Under the pieces are notes generated by a model. That model was not told the DNA's origin, did no database searches, and saw nothing but the letters and a program-made list of their open reading frames with translations. Position numbers and translations under genes: made by a program. Of a stretch of 64,000 nt of DNA, positions 1 to 9,863 are shown one piece after another (the first letter of the stretch is position 1; the number at the start of each line of letters is the position of its first letter). Location of the stretch: contig CAYJVY010000006.1 in the NCBI GenBank assembly GCA_964373795.1, forward strand, positions 28,468-92,467, in the 5' to 3' direction. The DNA is from an uncultured archaeon (GTDB lineage: Archaea; Iainarchaeota; Iainarchaeia; Iainarchaeales; DATDZZ01).

Positions 1-832
1 CAACTTCTTTGAAATCAAATTCAGGAGAAAACTTTGTTTCCTGAATAATTTCTTCAAATGAATTAAATTTTTGAACAAGCTTTAAAGCAGTTTTAGGCCC
101 AATTTTGGGAAATTTTTCATTAAAATCAGTTCCAATTAAAATTCCAATCCAAATAAGTTTTTGCCTTGAAATGCCAAGCCTTTCCAAGTTTTTCTCTAAC
201 TCAATTTTTTCAGGTTCAATGTCTACAAAAATATTTTTTCCTGGAAGTTTTCGCTTGCCTGAAACAGTGATGTTTCGAAAAACCTTTGAAGCACCAAAAA
301 GCAATGAATCATAGTCTTGAGAAACACATCCATACAAATCGTTTTTAGACATCATGAAAGCAATTTGAGCCTCGCCTTCGGAAGAAGCTTCAATTAAAGG
401 CAAACCCATTAATTCAATTAATTTCTTTGCTTCTTTCACCATTTCATCAGTTAAATGCAGTGCTCTCGAGGCAAATTTTTTTGCGTCTTCAAGGTTTCCA
501 ACTTCTAAAGCCTTTTTATACTCTTTTTCAGCATCAGTTCGAATTTCAATTCTTTTCTTCAAGGTTTCAGATTTAAGCTTTGAAGGCTTTCCATCAAAAA
601 CAAAAACAGGTTTAATGCCTTTTTGAATCAAATTAATTGTTCTATAAAACAAGCCACTTAAATGACTTGAAACCCTTCCATTAGAACTCATTAAAAGCGA
701 GCCATCGTAATTCCTTATACTACTTAAAAACTGATACAAAATATTATACGAATCTATTCCAACAATTCTTTGACTTAAAAAATCCAATGAAATAGATTCT
801 CTTTCCAATAAATCTCCAATAGCTGTTCCCAT
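1..832 (-). CDS. fen: Flap endonuclease FEN-1 (XPG/Rad2 family). The 5' part of the gene is in the window and the C-terminus runs off the window start.
   Basis: Reverse-strand translation from the ATG at 830-832 gives MGTAIGDLLERESISLDFLSQRIVGIDSYNILYQFL...GKPSKLKSETLKKR...HLTDEMVKEAKKLIELMGLPLIEASSEGEAQIAFM. This is the typical archaeal FEN-1 N/I-domain. It is missing from the ORF track because it is truncated by the window edge. Confidence 0.85.
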   Translation of the reverse strand, partial: MGTAIGDLLERESISLDFLSQRIVGIDSYNILYQFLSSIRNYDGSLLMSSNGRVSSHLSGLFYRTINLIQKGIKPVFVFDGKPSKLKSETLKKRIEIRTDAEKEYKKALEVGNLEDAKKFASRALHLTDEMVKEAKKLIELMGLPLIEASSEGEAQIAFMMSKNDLYGCVSQDYDSLLFGASKVFRNITVSGKRKLPGKNIFVDIEPEKIELEKNLERLGISRQKLIWIGILIGTDFNEKFPKIGPKTALKLVQKFNSFEEIIQETKFSPEFDFKEV

Positions 833-1234
833 TAAAATCCTCAAAAAATGTTATATATAAGTTGTTTTAGAATAAAAAAATATTCCATTCAAAAAACAAA
901 AAAAACAAGCCATTATGTATACTAATTTTTTGTGTTTTTGGCAGAATATTTAAATATAAGGTTAGAGGCATATATATAGAGAAATTAATGTATTAAAGCA
1001 TTAGTTTCTTAAAAAAGAACTTAGTTGGTGAGCCTATCCAATTCTTCCTAAGTTCAAATAACTCTCTTAGCTTTGGAGAAGACAACTAATAGTTGTCTTT
1101 TCTCTAATTCCTTTAAAATTATGCTTATTTTGCCTGTTTTTAGAAAAAAGCTTTTAGAGGGTTATTTGACTTTAATTTAACAAATTTCCGCAAACTTTTC
1201 GCAACTGGTTTTCGTAAGCCTTTTTCTAAAAGGC

Positions 1235-2416
1235 TTAATGAGTCATTTTTTCAGCAAATTCGTCTTCGTTTGACTCTTCTCCTAAAACTTTTTTCACTGC
1301 TTCTTTGAAGTGATTTAATGAAATGCTTTTTTCATTTGCTCTGATTGCATTAATTCCTGACTCCATGCAAATAGCTTTAATGTCTGCTCCATTAGCTTTT
1401 TCAGTTAATTTAACTAATTCATCAATTGAAACATTTGAATCCATTTTCATTTTCTTTGAATGAATTTTAAATATTTCTTTTCTTGCTTTTTCATCTGGCA
1501 AGGGAACTTCAATTATTCTATCAAATCTTCCTGCTCTAAGCAATGCAGGGTCTAAAATATCTATTCTGTTTGTTGCAGCAATTATTTTCACGTTTTTCAC
1601 TTCATTAAATCCATCAATTTCAGCCAATAATTGCATTAAAGTTCTTTGAACTTCTCTGTCTCCTCCAGTTGTTGCATCAAGTCTTTGCGCGCCAATTGAA
1701 TCAATTTCATCAATGAAAATAATTGAATGCTTTTTTTCTTTAGCCATTTTAAATACATCTCTTACTAGTTTTGCTCCTTCCCCAATATATTTTCTTACTA
1801 ACTCTGAACCAGTTATTCCAATAAAAGTTGAATTAGTTGCATTTGCAACAGCCTTTGCAAGCATTGTTTTACCAGTTCCAGGTTCACCGTACAATAAAAC
1901 TCCGCATGGAGGTTCAATGCCTATTTCTTCAAATTTTTTTGGATGAGTTAAAGGTAAAATAATTGCTTCTTCTAATTCAAGAATTTCTTTTCTCAATCCC
2001 CCAATTTCTTTAAAAGTTACTTTAGGTTTTTCAACTATCTCCATTGCTCTTGCTCTATAATCAGTTGACTCAGTTAATATTTCCACTAAACTTAAATTTC
2101 TTTGATTCAAAGCAACCCTTAAACCGCTTTTAACCTTGCTCTTAAATTCTTCAGTTAAACTAATTAATAATTCAATTCCATTAGAGTTTTTTACAACTAA
2201 TTTGTCTTCCATTACTTCTTGAATTACTCCAACAATTAAAGGAGGTTCTCTTAATTCTTTTAATTCTTTTTGAAGCCTATTCAACTCACTTTCAATCTGA
2301 GAATGCTTCATTGAATTCAATTGTTTTTCTTGTTCTAGAACTCGAATTTTTTCCTCTAAAGTAAACACATAATCATATATGTTGAAAGGGGCTTTCTTAA
2401 CCTCAACTTCACTCAT
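1235..2416 (-). CDS. pan: Proteasome-activating nucleotidase PAN (AAA+ ATPase)
   Basis: N-terminal coiled coil followed by an AAA module. Walker A is GVLLYGEPGTGKTMLAKAVA and Walker B is IIFIDEIDSIGAQR. Length is 393 aa. Confidence 0.9.
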   Translation of the reverse strand: MSEVEVKKAPFNIYDYVFTLEEKIRVLEQEKQLNSMKHSQIESELNRLQKELKELREPPLIVGVIQEVMEDKLVVKNSNGIELLISLTEEFKSKVKSGLRVALNQRNLSLVEILTESTDYRARAMEIVEKPKVTFKEIGGLRKEILELEEAIILPLTHPKKFEEIGIEPPCGVLLYGEPGTGKTMLAKAVANATNSTFIGITGSELVRKYIGEGAKLVRDVFKMAKEKKHSIIFIDEIDSIGAQRLDATTGGDREVQRTLMQLLAEIDGFNEVKNVKIIAATNRIDILDPALLRAGRFDRIIEVPLPDEKARKEIFKIHSKKMKMDSNVSIDELVKLTEKANGADIKAICMESGINAIRANEKSISLNHFKEAVKKVLGEESNEDEFAEKMTH

Positions 2417-2519
2417 TAAATTCCCTCACAGAATAATTATATTACGCGAACAATGTATTTAAAGCTAACGATTTTAATAATATTTAGAGCAAAAATTAGT
2501 TCAAAAATTTAGTGATTTA

Positions 2520-2753
2520 ATGTATTTACAAAACTTGATTGAAGAAATAATTTTTTCCACAATAATATCAATTTTTGTGCTTGGAATTATTTTTATTGGC
2601 GAAAACTCAATTTTTTTAAATGCAGACAAATCAATTAATTATAGTTTGCTGGCAATAATGTTCGCAGTATTTTTTTTAATTATTTTTGTTTTACTTCATT
2701 ATATTTCTGGTGGAAAGATAGGTGAATTTCCAAACGATCCTTGGCTGCCATAA
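2520..2753 (+). CDS. Small hydrophobic hypothetical protein (2 predicted TM helices)
   Basis: ORF of 77 aa, strongly hydrophobic, in an intergenic position. No recognisable motif. Confidence 0.3.
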   Translation: MYLQNLIEEIIFSTIISIFVLGIIFIGENSIFLNADKSINYSLLAIMFAVFFLIIFVLLHYISGGKIGEFPNDPWLP

Positions 2754-2779
2754 AATGAATTGAAAAATTAAGTGATTTC

Positions 2780-3262
2780 ATGCCTTGCGAAATTTGTGGA
2801 GAAATATTAACTCAGGAAAGAAAAATTGAATTAGATGGACTAGTTTTTCTTGTATGCGAGAAATGTGTTCACCACGGCAGAGAATTAATTGAACGCCCGC
2901 AAACAAATAAAAAACAATTCAAAGCATTTGATTTAAGCAAGCAAGTAAAACACGAAATGCAAAGCGATAAAACTGAATTAATTCAAGATTATGGCAAGCA
3001 AATAAAAACAGCAAGAGAAAAAAAAGGTTTAACAATTGAGGATTTAGCAAAAAAAGTATTCGAAAAAAAATCTTTTCTGCACAGAATTGAATCACAAAAC
3101 GCAGTGCCATCAGATGAATTAATTAAAAAACTTGAAAAAGAATTAAATATTTCTCTTACAACAACAGTAAATGAAGTAGAATTAAATGAATTTGAAAGCC
3201 AAAAAGGAATGACTTTAGCTGATTTAATTGATAAAAAGATTTCAGAGCAAAAAAAGAATTAA
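2780..3262 (+). CDS. Archaeal MBF1-like transcription factor (N-terminal Zn ribbon plus C-terminal HTH/XRE domain)
   Basis: CEICG...CEKC zinc ribbon at the N-terminus. The C-terminal half (GLTIEDLAKKVFEKKSFLHRIESQNAVPSDELIKKLEKEL) fits an XRE-type helix-turn-helix. Confidence 0.6.
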   Translation: MPCEICGEILTQERKIELDGLVFLVCEKCVHHGRELIERPQTNKKQFKAFDLSKQVKHEMQSDKTELIQDYGKQIKTAREKKGLTIEDLAKKVFEKKSFLHRIESQNAVPSDELIKKLEKELNISLTTTVNEVELNEFESQKGMTLADLIDKKISEQKKN

Positions 3263-3271
3263 TGTGAATAA

Positions 3272-4669
3272 ATGATTTTAGAAATACTAGCAGGATTTTT
3301 ACTTGTATCACTTATATTTACCTACATTTTAAAGCATTTTAACATCGGAGAAACTCATGTCATTATTACTTTGCTTCGATCTAAAAAAGCAGTAAAATTT
3401 TTTGATTTGTTCACTAAACCAAAACGCTTGCTTGAATTAATTGCTGACTTTGGATTAATTATTGGCTTTGGAGCAATAGGAGTAGATTATTTATTTGGCA
3501 GAAAACTTTCACTTGTAAAAAGAATTGCATTATTTTTTGTTGCAGCAATTTTTTTTACTGCATTTTTTTTCTTTATTCTTTCACCTTTTTTTAAAAACCC
3601 TTTAATTGAAAACGATTATTCAATGCTTTTCTCGTTTTTTTTTGGCATTGCAGGTTTTTCTGGATTAATTTTAGTTACTTTAATTGTTTCAGGAATTGAA
3701 ATTATTTTCAGAACTCTTTCAGGGGAAAAAACTTGTCCAGCTGTAGCCCCAGTAATCCCTGGAGTTGAAATTCCTAATGTTCCAATAACTGTTCCATTGC
3801 ATGGATGGATTTCATTATTATTAATTTTAATTATTCATGAAGGAAGCCATGGAATTTTAATGAGAAAAGTTAAATTAACTGTTAAATCCACTGGAATTAT
3901 TTTGCTTGGCTTTCTCCCAATTGGGGCATTTGTTGAGCCAGAAGACAAGGAATTAAAAAAATTAAACAAATTAGATGCAGTAAGAATTTTTACGTCTGGA
4001 GCAACAGCTAATTTTCTTGCGTTCATTGTATTTGGATTTCTTTCCCTGCTTGCAATAGTTTTCCTAGTAAACCCTTTTCTTGTTCCAACATTTGATTCAT
4101 TGAATAGAATGTCTATTCAAGGAATTCAAATAGGGGAAATGCAAGAATTCTCTGAATTATGTGGAGTCAAATACTCTAATTCTGCTTTTGGAAAACTCTT
4201 GCCTGGAATGAAGTTATTAGAAGTTGAAGGACAAAAAATTCAAATTTTTTCTGACTTCATTAAACACTCTCAAGGAAAAAAAGAAGTAAAAGTCAAACTC
4301 AAATCCTTGGATGGAAAAATAGTTGAAGAAACTCTTTCAAGAAATAAGTTAAACTTGTTTGGTTTTACAGTTAAACCAATTCCAAATCCTGATTTTGAAA
4401 TGCCTTTTCATTTCACAGTAATTGGAATTGTTTTCAGTTTTCTTGCATCATTTATTTTATGGTTTGTTTTATTGAATTTAATGGTTTCACTTGTAAACTT
4501 TTTGCCTACAGAACCATTTGACGGAGGCAAGATTGCAAAAATAGTTTTCACTGAATACTTAGGTTTTACTGGTTGGAGTCAAGAATTTAAAGAAAAAATT
4601 ATTTCCAGATTCTTTGGAATTGGAACACTAATTCTTTTACTAATAAATATAATGCCTTTATTTCTTTAG
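3272..4669 (+). CDS. Site-2 protease family (M50) intramembrane zinc metalloprotease with PDZ-like insert
   Basis: Multi-pass membrane protein with an HExxH motif (IIHEGSHGILM) and a second M50 motif, NFLPTEPFDGGKI (NxxPxxxxDGG). Confidence 0.7.
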   Translation: MILEILAGFLLVSLIFTYILKHFNIGETHVIITLLRSKKAVKFFDLFTKPKRLLELIADFGLIIGFGAIGVDYLFGRKLSLVKRIALFFVAAIFFTAFFFFILSPFFKNPLIENDYSMLFSFFFGIAGFSGLILVTLIVSGIEIIFRTLSGEKTCPAVAPVIPGVEIPNVPITVPLHGWISLLLILIIHEGSHGILMRKVKLTVKSTGIILLGFLPIGAFVEPEDKELKKLNKLDAVRIFTSGATANFLAFIVFGFLSLLAIVFLVNPFLVPTFDSLNRMSIQGIQIGEMQEFSELCGVKYSNSAFGKLLPGMKLLEVEGQKIQIFSDFIKHSQGKKEVKVKLKSLDGKIVEETLSRNKLNLFGFTVKPIPNPDFEMPFHFTVIGIVFSFLASFILWFVLLNLMVSLVNFLPTEPFDGGKIAKIVFTEYLGFTGWSQEFKEKIISRFFGIGTLILLLINIMPLFL

Positions 4670-4755
4670 AAATTAAATTATTTATAAATAGCTTTTTGAA
4701 AAAATAAAAAAAAGATAGAAAGAATATCTTTCTTTTGCCGGGTAAAATATTCTTT

Positions 4756-5841
4756 CTATTTAATATAATCTAAGTCTAATTCTCTGTCTCTTCCGTAATA
4801 GTTTTTTGAGGATTTATTGTTGTTTGAATCAGGTCCTTTAATGTATGGGCTGTGAACTCCTGTAAAGATTGTAATGATTTCAATTTTGTTTTCAAAAGTT
4901 GGATCAACTCTTGCACCCCAAATTACTACTGCTTTTGGATCAATTTTATCAGTTAATCTTTCACCAATAGAGTTTGCTTCTCCTAAAGTCAATTCAGGTC
5001 CACCAGTAATGTGAATTAATGCTCCTGTTGCTCCGGCAATATCAACGTCTAATAAAGCGTTTTTCAAAGTATCTTCAACTACTTCGTTTACTTTATCAAC
5101 TGACTTTGACTCTCCTACAGCAATAACGCTTAATCCTTTATTACTCATTACTGATCTAACATCAGCATAATCTAAGTTAATTAAACTTGGCTGAGTAATT
5201 GTTTCAGTTATTCCTCTAACTGTTCTAGCAATAACTTCATCAGCTACTCTGAAAGCGTCTTGAATTGGCAAGTTTGGAACTAATTCAACTAATCTATTAT
5301 TGTCAATTACTACAACTGTATCAGTAACTTTTCTTAAAGTTTCAATTCCTTCTTCTGCTTTAATTAATCTAGCTTTTTCTAAAGCAAAAGGGTAAGTTAC
5401 AATTGCAATAACAATTGCTCCTTGATCTTTAGCAATTTCTGCAATAATTGGAGCTGCTCCAGTTCCAGTTCCTCCTCCCATTCCGCATGAAAGAAATAAC
5501 ATGTCTACTCCACTTAAAATTTCTTCCAAAGATTGTCTTGAAACCTCTGCAGCTTTTGCACCAATTTCAGGATAACCTCCAGTTCCTAATCCTCTAGTAA
5601 CACTTTTACCAATTAACACTTTAGTCAATTCATCATTAATGATTGCCAAGTGTTGTTTATCAGTGTTAACAGCTACTAGTTGAGCGCCACTAATGCCCAT
5701 ATTAGCCAATCTATTTACCGCATTACAACCTGCTCCTCCAGCACCAATAACCATTATCTTCGGAGCTCCAAATTCTTCAACATGCTCCTCAGTTTTAGTG
5801 TCTGTCTTTTGCATTGCGTCCGAAACTAAGCTTTTCATCAA
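4756..5841 (-). CDS. ftsZ: Cell division GTPase FtsZ
   Basis: Tubulin signature GGGTGTG within LFLSCGMGGGTGTGAAPIIAEIAKDQG, plus IMVIGAGGAGCNAVNRL at the N-terminus. Confidence 0.9.
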   Translation of the reverse strand: MMKSLVSDAMQKTDTKTEEHVEEFGAPKIMVIGAGGAGCNAVNRLANMGISGAQLVAVNTDKQHLAIINDELTKVLIGKSVTRGLGTGGYPEIGAKAAEVSRQSLEEILSGVDMLFLSCGMGGGTGTGAAPIIAEIAKDQGAIVIAIVTYPFALEKARLIKAEEGIETLRKVTDTVVVIDNNRLVELVPNLPIQDAFRVADEVIARTVRGITETITQPSLINLDYADVRSVMSNKGLSVIAVGESKSVDKVNEVVEDTLKNALLDVDIAGATGALIHITGGPELTLGEANSIGERLTDKIDPKAVVIWGARVDPTFENKIEIITIFTGVHSPYIKGPDSNNNKSSKNYYGRDRELDLDYIK

Positions 5842-6092
5842 AATACCACCCCTTAACCATTTAAAACGGTTAAATTAGTTTAAAAAAATACAAATTTTAG
5901 TAAAAAAATTTGTTTATAATAATTAATCCTAACTTATTTAAATACTTTTCGGTTGAAGAGCTCTAATAAGGCTTTTTTTTCAAAAAAGCCCAAAATAAAC
6001 GTTTTTTCCATTCAATTTCTTCTCCAAAATTAGCTTGTCAATTCATGGTTTAAATGGAAAAGTTAATAAAGTTCTTATGTATAATTATTATT

Positions 6093-6398
6093 GTGGGCTA
6101 GGCTGGGCGGGTAGCAGTCGCCTTTTCTGGAAATCTGCTTATGCCAGAGCCGAAGCTTGAAGGGCAGCTAAAGAACTGTGTTTAAGCCTGTTATTTTAGC
6201 CGTAGATCCTCTGTCCTTTAAGATTGTGTGTTCAAGTGAACCCCGCCAGACCTGGAAGGGTGCAACGGTAGCTTTTACATTTAATGCTTAAGGGGAAGCG
6301 GGGGGGAGGCGAATAACAGTTCACTTTTTCATGGTTTCTTTTTCTCACCTTTGAGCGTGCCCGCATTCTTCAATTAACGAACTCCGTGCATCCACGCT
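6093..6398 (+). ncRNA. Signal recognition particle RNA (7S/SRP RNA) candidate
   Basis: About 300-nt G+C-rich island in an AT-rich intergenic region, with no ORF. It contains CAGACCUGGAAGGGUGCAACGGUAGC, which closely resembles the conserved SRP helix-8 motif CAGGUCCGGAAGGAAGCAGC of 4.5S/7S RNA. The 5' end GUGGGCUAGGCUGGGCGGG is typical of archaeal 7S RNA. Boundaries are approximate. Confidence 0.55.
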
Positions 6399-6585
6399 TA
6401 AAACATTCTTAATAAAATAGAAAAACTGTTTAAAATAGGTTTTAACTAATTCTAAACTCAAAAACAAGGCATTTCATCTTTTGAGGCGCGGATTTAGTAT
6501 CTAGATTTGTTATGTATATTGTTCTTTTTGTTTGATTAATTTTTTAATGCATATAATTTAAAGTTTTTAGCTGCCTGTTTTTCTC

Positions 6586-7095
6586 ATGAAAGTAATTCTT
6601 TACATGGCTGTAACTGCTAATGGTTTAATTGCTCGCGAAGATGATTCAGCAGATTTTGTTTCCAAAACATCTTGGAAAAGCTATTTAAAAAAAGTTAGAG
6701 AATCAGATTATGCTGTTATAGGTAAAAGAACATATGAAATTATGCCTGTTGAAGAATTTATTAAAGAAACAAAATATTTAGTTTTTACACATGTCTTGAG
6801 TTTGGAAAAAAAGGTTAAAAATGTTGAATTTACAAACAAACCCCTTAAAGATGTTTTACATGAACTTAAAAATAAGGGGGTAAAAAAAGCCGCCATTTTT
6901 GGTGGCGGAAAACTGAATGCTTCTTTTATGGCTCAAAATTTAGTGGATGAAATTTTTTTGGATGTAATGTCAATAGTTCTTGGAAAAGGAATTCCATTAT
7001 TTAATGGCGAAAATTTTGAAGCAAAATTAAAACTGTTAGGCGTGAAAAAGCTTTCAGCAAATGAAATGCAGTTGCATTTTAAAGTGAAAAAATAG
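6586..7095 (+). CDS. Dihydrofolate reductase-like / RibD C-terminal domain reductase
   Basis: MKVILYMAVTANGLIA...IFGGGKLNASFMAQNLVDEIFLDVMSIVLGKGIPLF matches the DHFR/RibD_C fold signature. Length 169 aa. Confidence 0.6.
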   Translation: MKVILYMAVTANGLIAREDDSADFVSKTSWKSYLKKVRESDYAVIGKRTYEIMPVEEFIKETKYLVFTHVLSLEKKVKNVEFTNKPLKDVLHELKNKGVKKAAIFGGGKLNASFMAQNLVDEIFLDVMSIVLGKGIPLFNGENFEAKLKLLGVKKLSANEMQLHFKVKK

Positions 7096-7177
7096 TTTTT
7101 CCAGATTTAGTAGGAGATAATATTTAAATATTTAAAATCTTAGTTATATTTTTATATCTTGGAAGAGTAAATTCTTT

Positions 7178-8341
7178 ATGCGTAAAAGGCCTGACAGAAA
7201 AATTCGTCTTCAAGGAAGCCAAAGAGCAAATACTTTGAGGATAGCATTAAGGCGTGCTCAAAGTGCTATAGAAATGGCTAAAGAAAGCGGGCATACAGGT
7301 ATTGCTTTGGCCAGGGTTTTGGAAAGATTAATGTCAAAAGCAGAGAACCCTTATCTTAGAAGATTTTATGAAAAAGAAAGAGTTAAACTTCTTTTACAAT
7401 TGGCAGAACAAAAAGCACAAAAAAAGGGTTTGAAAACTACTCAACCAGAAGTATCTTCTACTCAACTTCCTGGAAAAAGAAATGGAAAAGGCAGGCCTTT
7501 GAGTAGAGATGAATTTGATGCTAAAGTTACAAGTCTTTTGCGTGAAAAAAGATATGAAGAAGCTTTAGAAGAATTACGTATTGCTGGAGACAAGGATTGG
7601 ATGCATGGCTTGCTAGTTCCTCCTAATATTTTTTCCAACAAACCAGAGATTGCAGCTAAATGGCTTATGACTACTGCTGGAATGTTTTTATCTTCTTGGC
7701 ACGTTTTAAAAGGAAAAGATCATACTAAAGCCCTTGAATGTAAAGAAATAGCAATTGATTGTCTTGTACATGCTGAACAAATGTATACTAAAATTGGTAC
7801 TAGAGATGCACTTGAAACAGCTGAAAGAAATAGGAAAAGAATTGAAGAGTTACGTGAAGAAAAAAATCTTGACTTTGATGACATTTTAATAGATTCTGAA
7901 GGCGAAGGAGAACAAGAATTATTTGGCGTTGAAGACCCATCTGAGCCTAAAAGGCCTTTTGAAAGGATTCCTCTTGGCATGATGGGTGAGAGATTGATTG
8001 CGGAAGGAAGATTTGAAGAAGGTTTAAGTGCTCTTTGGAATGGTAAAGCACATAATGAGTTATATACTGTTTTAACTACTAATGAGGATTTGCGCTCTAG
8101 TTTGAGGCCTACTAGAAGAGCTATATGGCTTGAAAGAACTTCTGATTTGTTTGATGAAGTTGTAAAAAGAACTGGAGAACTTGAAAAGCCAAAAGAATTT
8201 AGAACAAATGAAAAGCTTGCAATTGAGTGTTTGAGAATTGCTTTAAAAATTTTTTTCAGAATTAAGCAAAAATCAAGGCAAGATTTGAGTAAAATTGTTG
8301 CGCTAAATAAAAAAATTGCTGTACTTAAAAGAAGACCTTAA
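7178..8341 (+). CDS. Hypothetical charged, largely alpha-helical protein
   Basis: Long ORF of 387 aa, rich in K/R/E, with no recognised motif. Confidence 0.45.
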   Translation: MRKRPDRKIRLQGSQRANTLRIALRRAQSAIEMAKESGHTGIALARVLERLMSKAENPYLRRFYEKERVKLLLQLAEQKAQKKGLKTTQPEVSSTQLPGKRNGKGRPLSRDEFDAKVTSLLREKRYEEALEELRIAGDKDWMHGLLVPPNIFSNKPEIAAKWLMTTAGMFLSSWHVLKGKDHTKALECKEIAIDCLVHAEQMYTKIGTRDALETAERNRKRIEELREEKNLDFDDILIDSEGEGEQELFGVEDPSEPKRPFERIPLGMMGERLIAEGRFEEGLSALWNGKAHNELYTVLTTNEDLRSSLRPTRRAIWLERTSDLFDEVVKRTGELEKPKEFRTNEKLAIECLRIALKIFFRIKQKSRQDLSKIVALNKKIAVLKRRP

Positions 8342-8391
8342 AATTTAGTTTTCAGGAACTTATTTATATTGCTTTAAACATTTGATTTTAC

Positions 8392-8934
8392 ATGTTGCCT
8401 CATAAATATTTTGAAGTGTATTTGTTTACTGATTTAAATGAGATGCCTTTTTTTGCAGAGCTTCCATATTTTTTGTGGGGGCCAATTAAATATAATTCGC
8501 TTGGAAACTCTAAAATCCCTAAAGACAAGCATTGGAGTGTATTAGATTTAGAGTCAAGAGAAGATAACAGAATGTTAAACATTTTTTTAGAAAAAAATGA
8601 TAATAAAAAAGTTGACGCCAAATATGTTATTCAATTAACTTCTTATTCTGATTCGCAGAAAATAAAAAAACAAAACATTAAAATAATTGAATCCACAATT
8701 GAAGATGCAGTTAAGGCAGCGATTTTAATAAACAAGTATAGCCCTGTTAAAAAAATTTTGTTTGAAGGAAAAGAATTTTCTTTAGAAAAACTGCAAAAAG
8801 ATTTTTTGCCAGGTTTTGACTTGCAAAAAGCAGAGGAAAATCTTTCACTAATTTTAAACCACTTTAATTCATTGGATGAAAAACTTAATTCTGTTTTGCA
8901 TTGGAGTGAATGGAAATATCATAGACAGTTATAG
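8392..8934 (+). CDS. Hypothetical protein
   Basis: ORF of 180 aa with no recognised motif. Confidence 0.35.
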   Translation: MLPHKYFEVYLFTDLNEMPFFAELPYFLWGPIKYNSLGNSKIPKDKHWSVLDLESREDNRMLNIFLEKNDNKKVDAKYVIQLTSYSDSQKIKKQNIKIIESTIEDAVKAAILINKYSPVKKILFEGKEFSLEKLQKDFLPGFDLQKAEENLSLILNHFNSLDEKLNSVLHWSEWKYHRQL

Positions 8935-8969
8935 AAAACAATTTTAACTCTCTTAATCAATACTTTTTA

Positions 8970-9824
8970 ATGATTTGGCGAAAAAAAACCAATAATGTTT
9001 CTCGAGCTGAAAGAAGGCGAGTTTTAAAAGAAGGAAGAAAGCCTTTTTTTAAAAGAATTATTGGTAAACGAAAACTTGGATTAATTGGATTAGCATTGTT
9101 AGCTGCAATTGGTTTTGGAGTTGTAAAAGTTTATTCAAAATTTGTAAAAGAAAAAGAAAAACCAGTGCCTGTTAGAGAATTGCCGCTTGAAAAACCAGAA
9201 AAATCATTGTTCAAAGTTGAAAGGTTTTCTTTTACAAGAAATTTTTCTTCAGAAGAAATCGAGGAAACAAAAGCGTTAGCAGATATTGCTTCAACTTTAT
9301 TGTTTTCAAATGATCCTGAATTGAAAGACAAATTAAGTGGAAGAAGAGTTTCACTCATGTTTGCTAATGGATTAGAACAACTTGAAGCTGAAGACCCTAT
9401 TGCAGCTAAAACACTTAAAGATACTGGTGCAGATTCTGCAACGGTTTTTATTGGAACTAAAGAACATTTTACTCAAATAGTTATATTTAATTTAGCTGCC
9501 AGAAAAAACAGGGGAGAATTTATTGCTTCATTTGTTCACGAAGTTGGAGGGCATTTGCCTTTCCAAGAACAAGTAGTTATGGCTGCAACCATTGGTGGCA
9601 GAGTTGTTAGAGCTAAAGAAGAAGTTAAAGCATTCCAGTACAGTGTTTCAAAATTAAGCGAAATAATTGAAGACATGAAAAGAAGAAAAGAAAAATTTCA
9701 AGTAAGTGATAGTTTGTATGATGAGACAATTCAACAATTAGAGGGCGCGCTTCAAGAAGAAATGCGTTTAAGAGACAAGTGGATTGGGATTTTGGGAAAC
9801 ATGCAAAATGAACGTGAAAAATAA
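8970..9824 (+). CDS. Hypothetical membrane-anchored protein (single N-terminal TM)
   Basis: Basic N-terminus followed by a hydrophobic helix (LGLIGLALLAAIGFGVV). Contains HEVGGH (HExxxH rather than HExxH), so no protease call is made. Confidence 0.4.
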   Translation: MIWRKKTNNVSRAERRRVLKEGRKPFFKRIIGKRKLGLIGLALLAAIGFGVVKVYSKFVKEKEKPVPVRELPLEKPEKSLFKVERFSFTRNFSSEEIEETKALADIASTLLFSNDPELKDKLSGRRVSLMFANGLEQLEAEDPIAAKTLKDTGADSATVFIGTKEHFTQIVIFNLAARKNRGEFIASFVHEVGGHLPFQEQVVMAATIGGRVVRAKEEVKAFQYSVSKLSEIIEDMKRRKEKFQVSDSLYDETIQQLEGALQEEMRLRDKWIGILGNMQNEREK

Positions 9825-9863
9825 TTTACATTTCGCCTAATTCTCTTAATTTTGCATAGCAAT

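Noticed and set aside
1070-1110. Perfect hairpin gaagacaact-aat-agttgtcttt followed by a T-run, as a possible terminator
   Set aside because: The T-run is on the plus strand, where no upstream gene exists. On the minus strand (downstream of pan) no T-tract follows. The function is uncertain, so it is not called.
1713-1946. 77-aa plus-strand ORF inside the PAN gene
   Set aside because: Antisense to the conserved AAA+ Walker region of a high-confidence gene. Spurious.
8970-9824. HEVGGH in the 284-aa membrane-anchored protein, as a possible metalloprotease site
   Set aside because: The spacing is HExxxH, not HExxH, and there is no supporting third ligand or family context.
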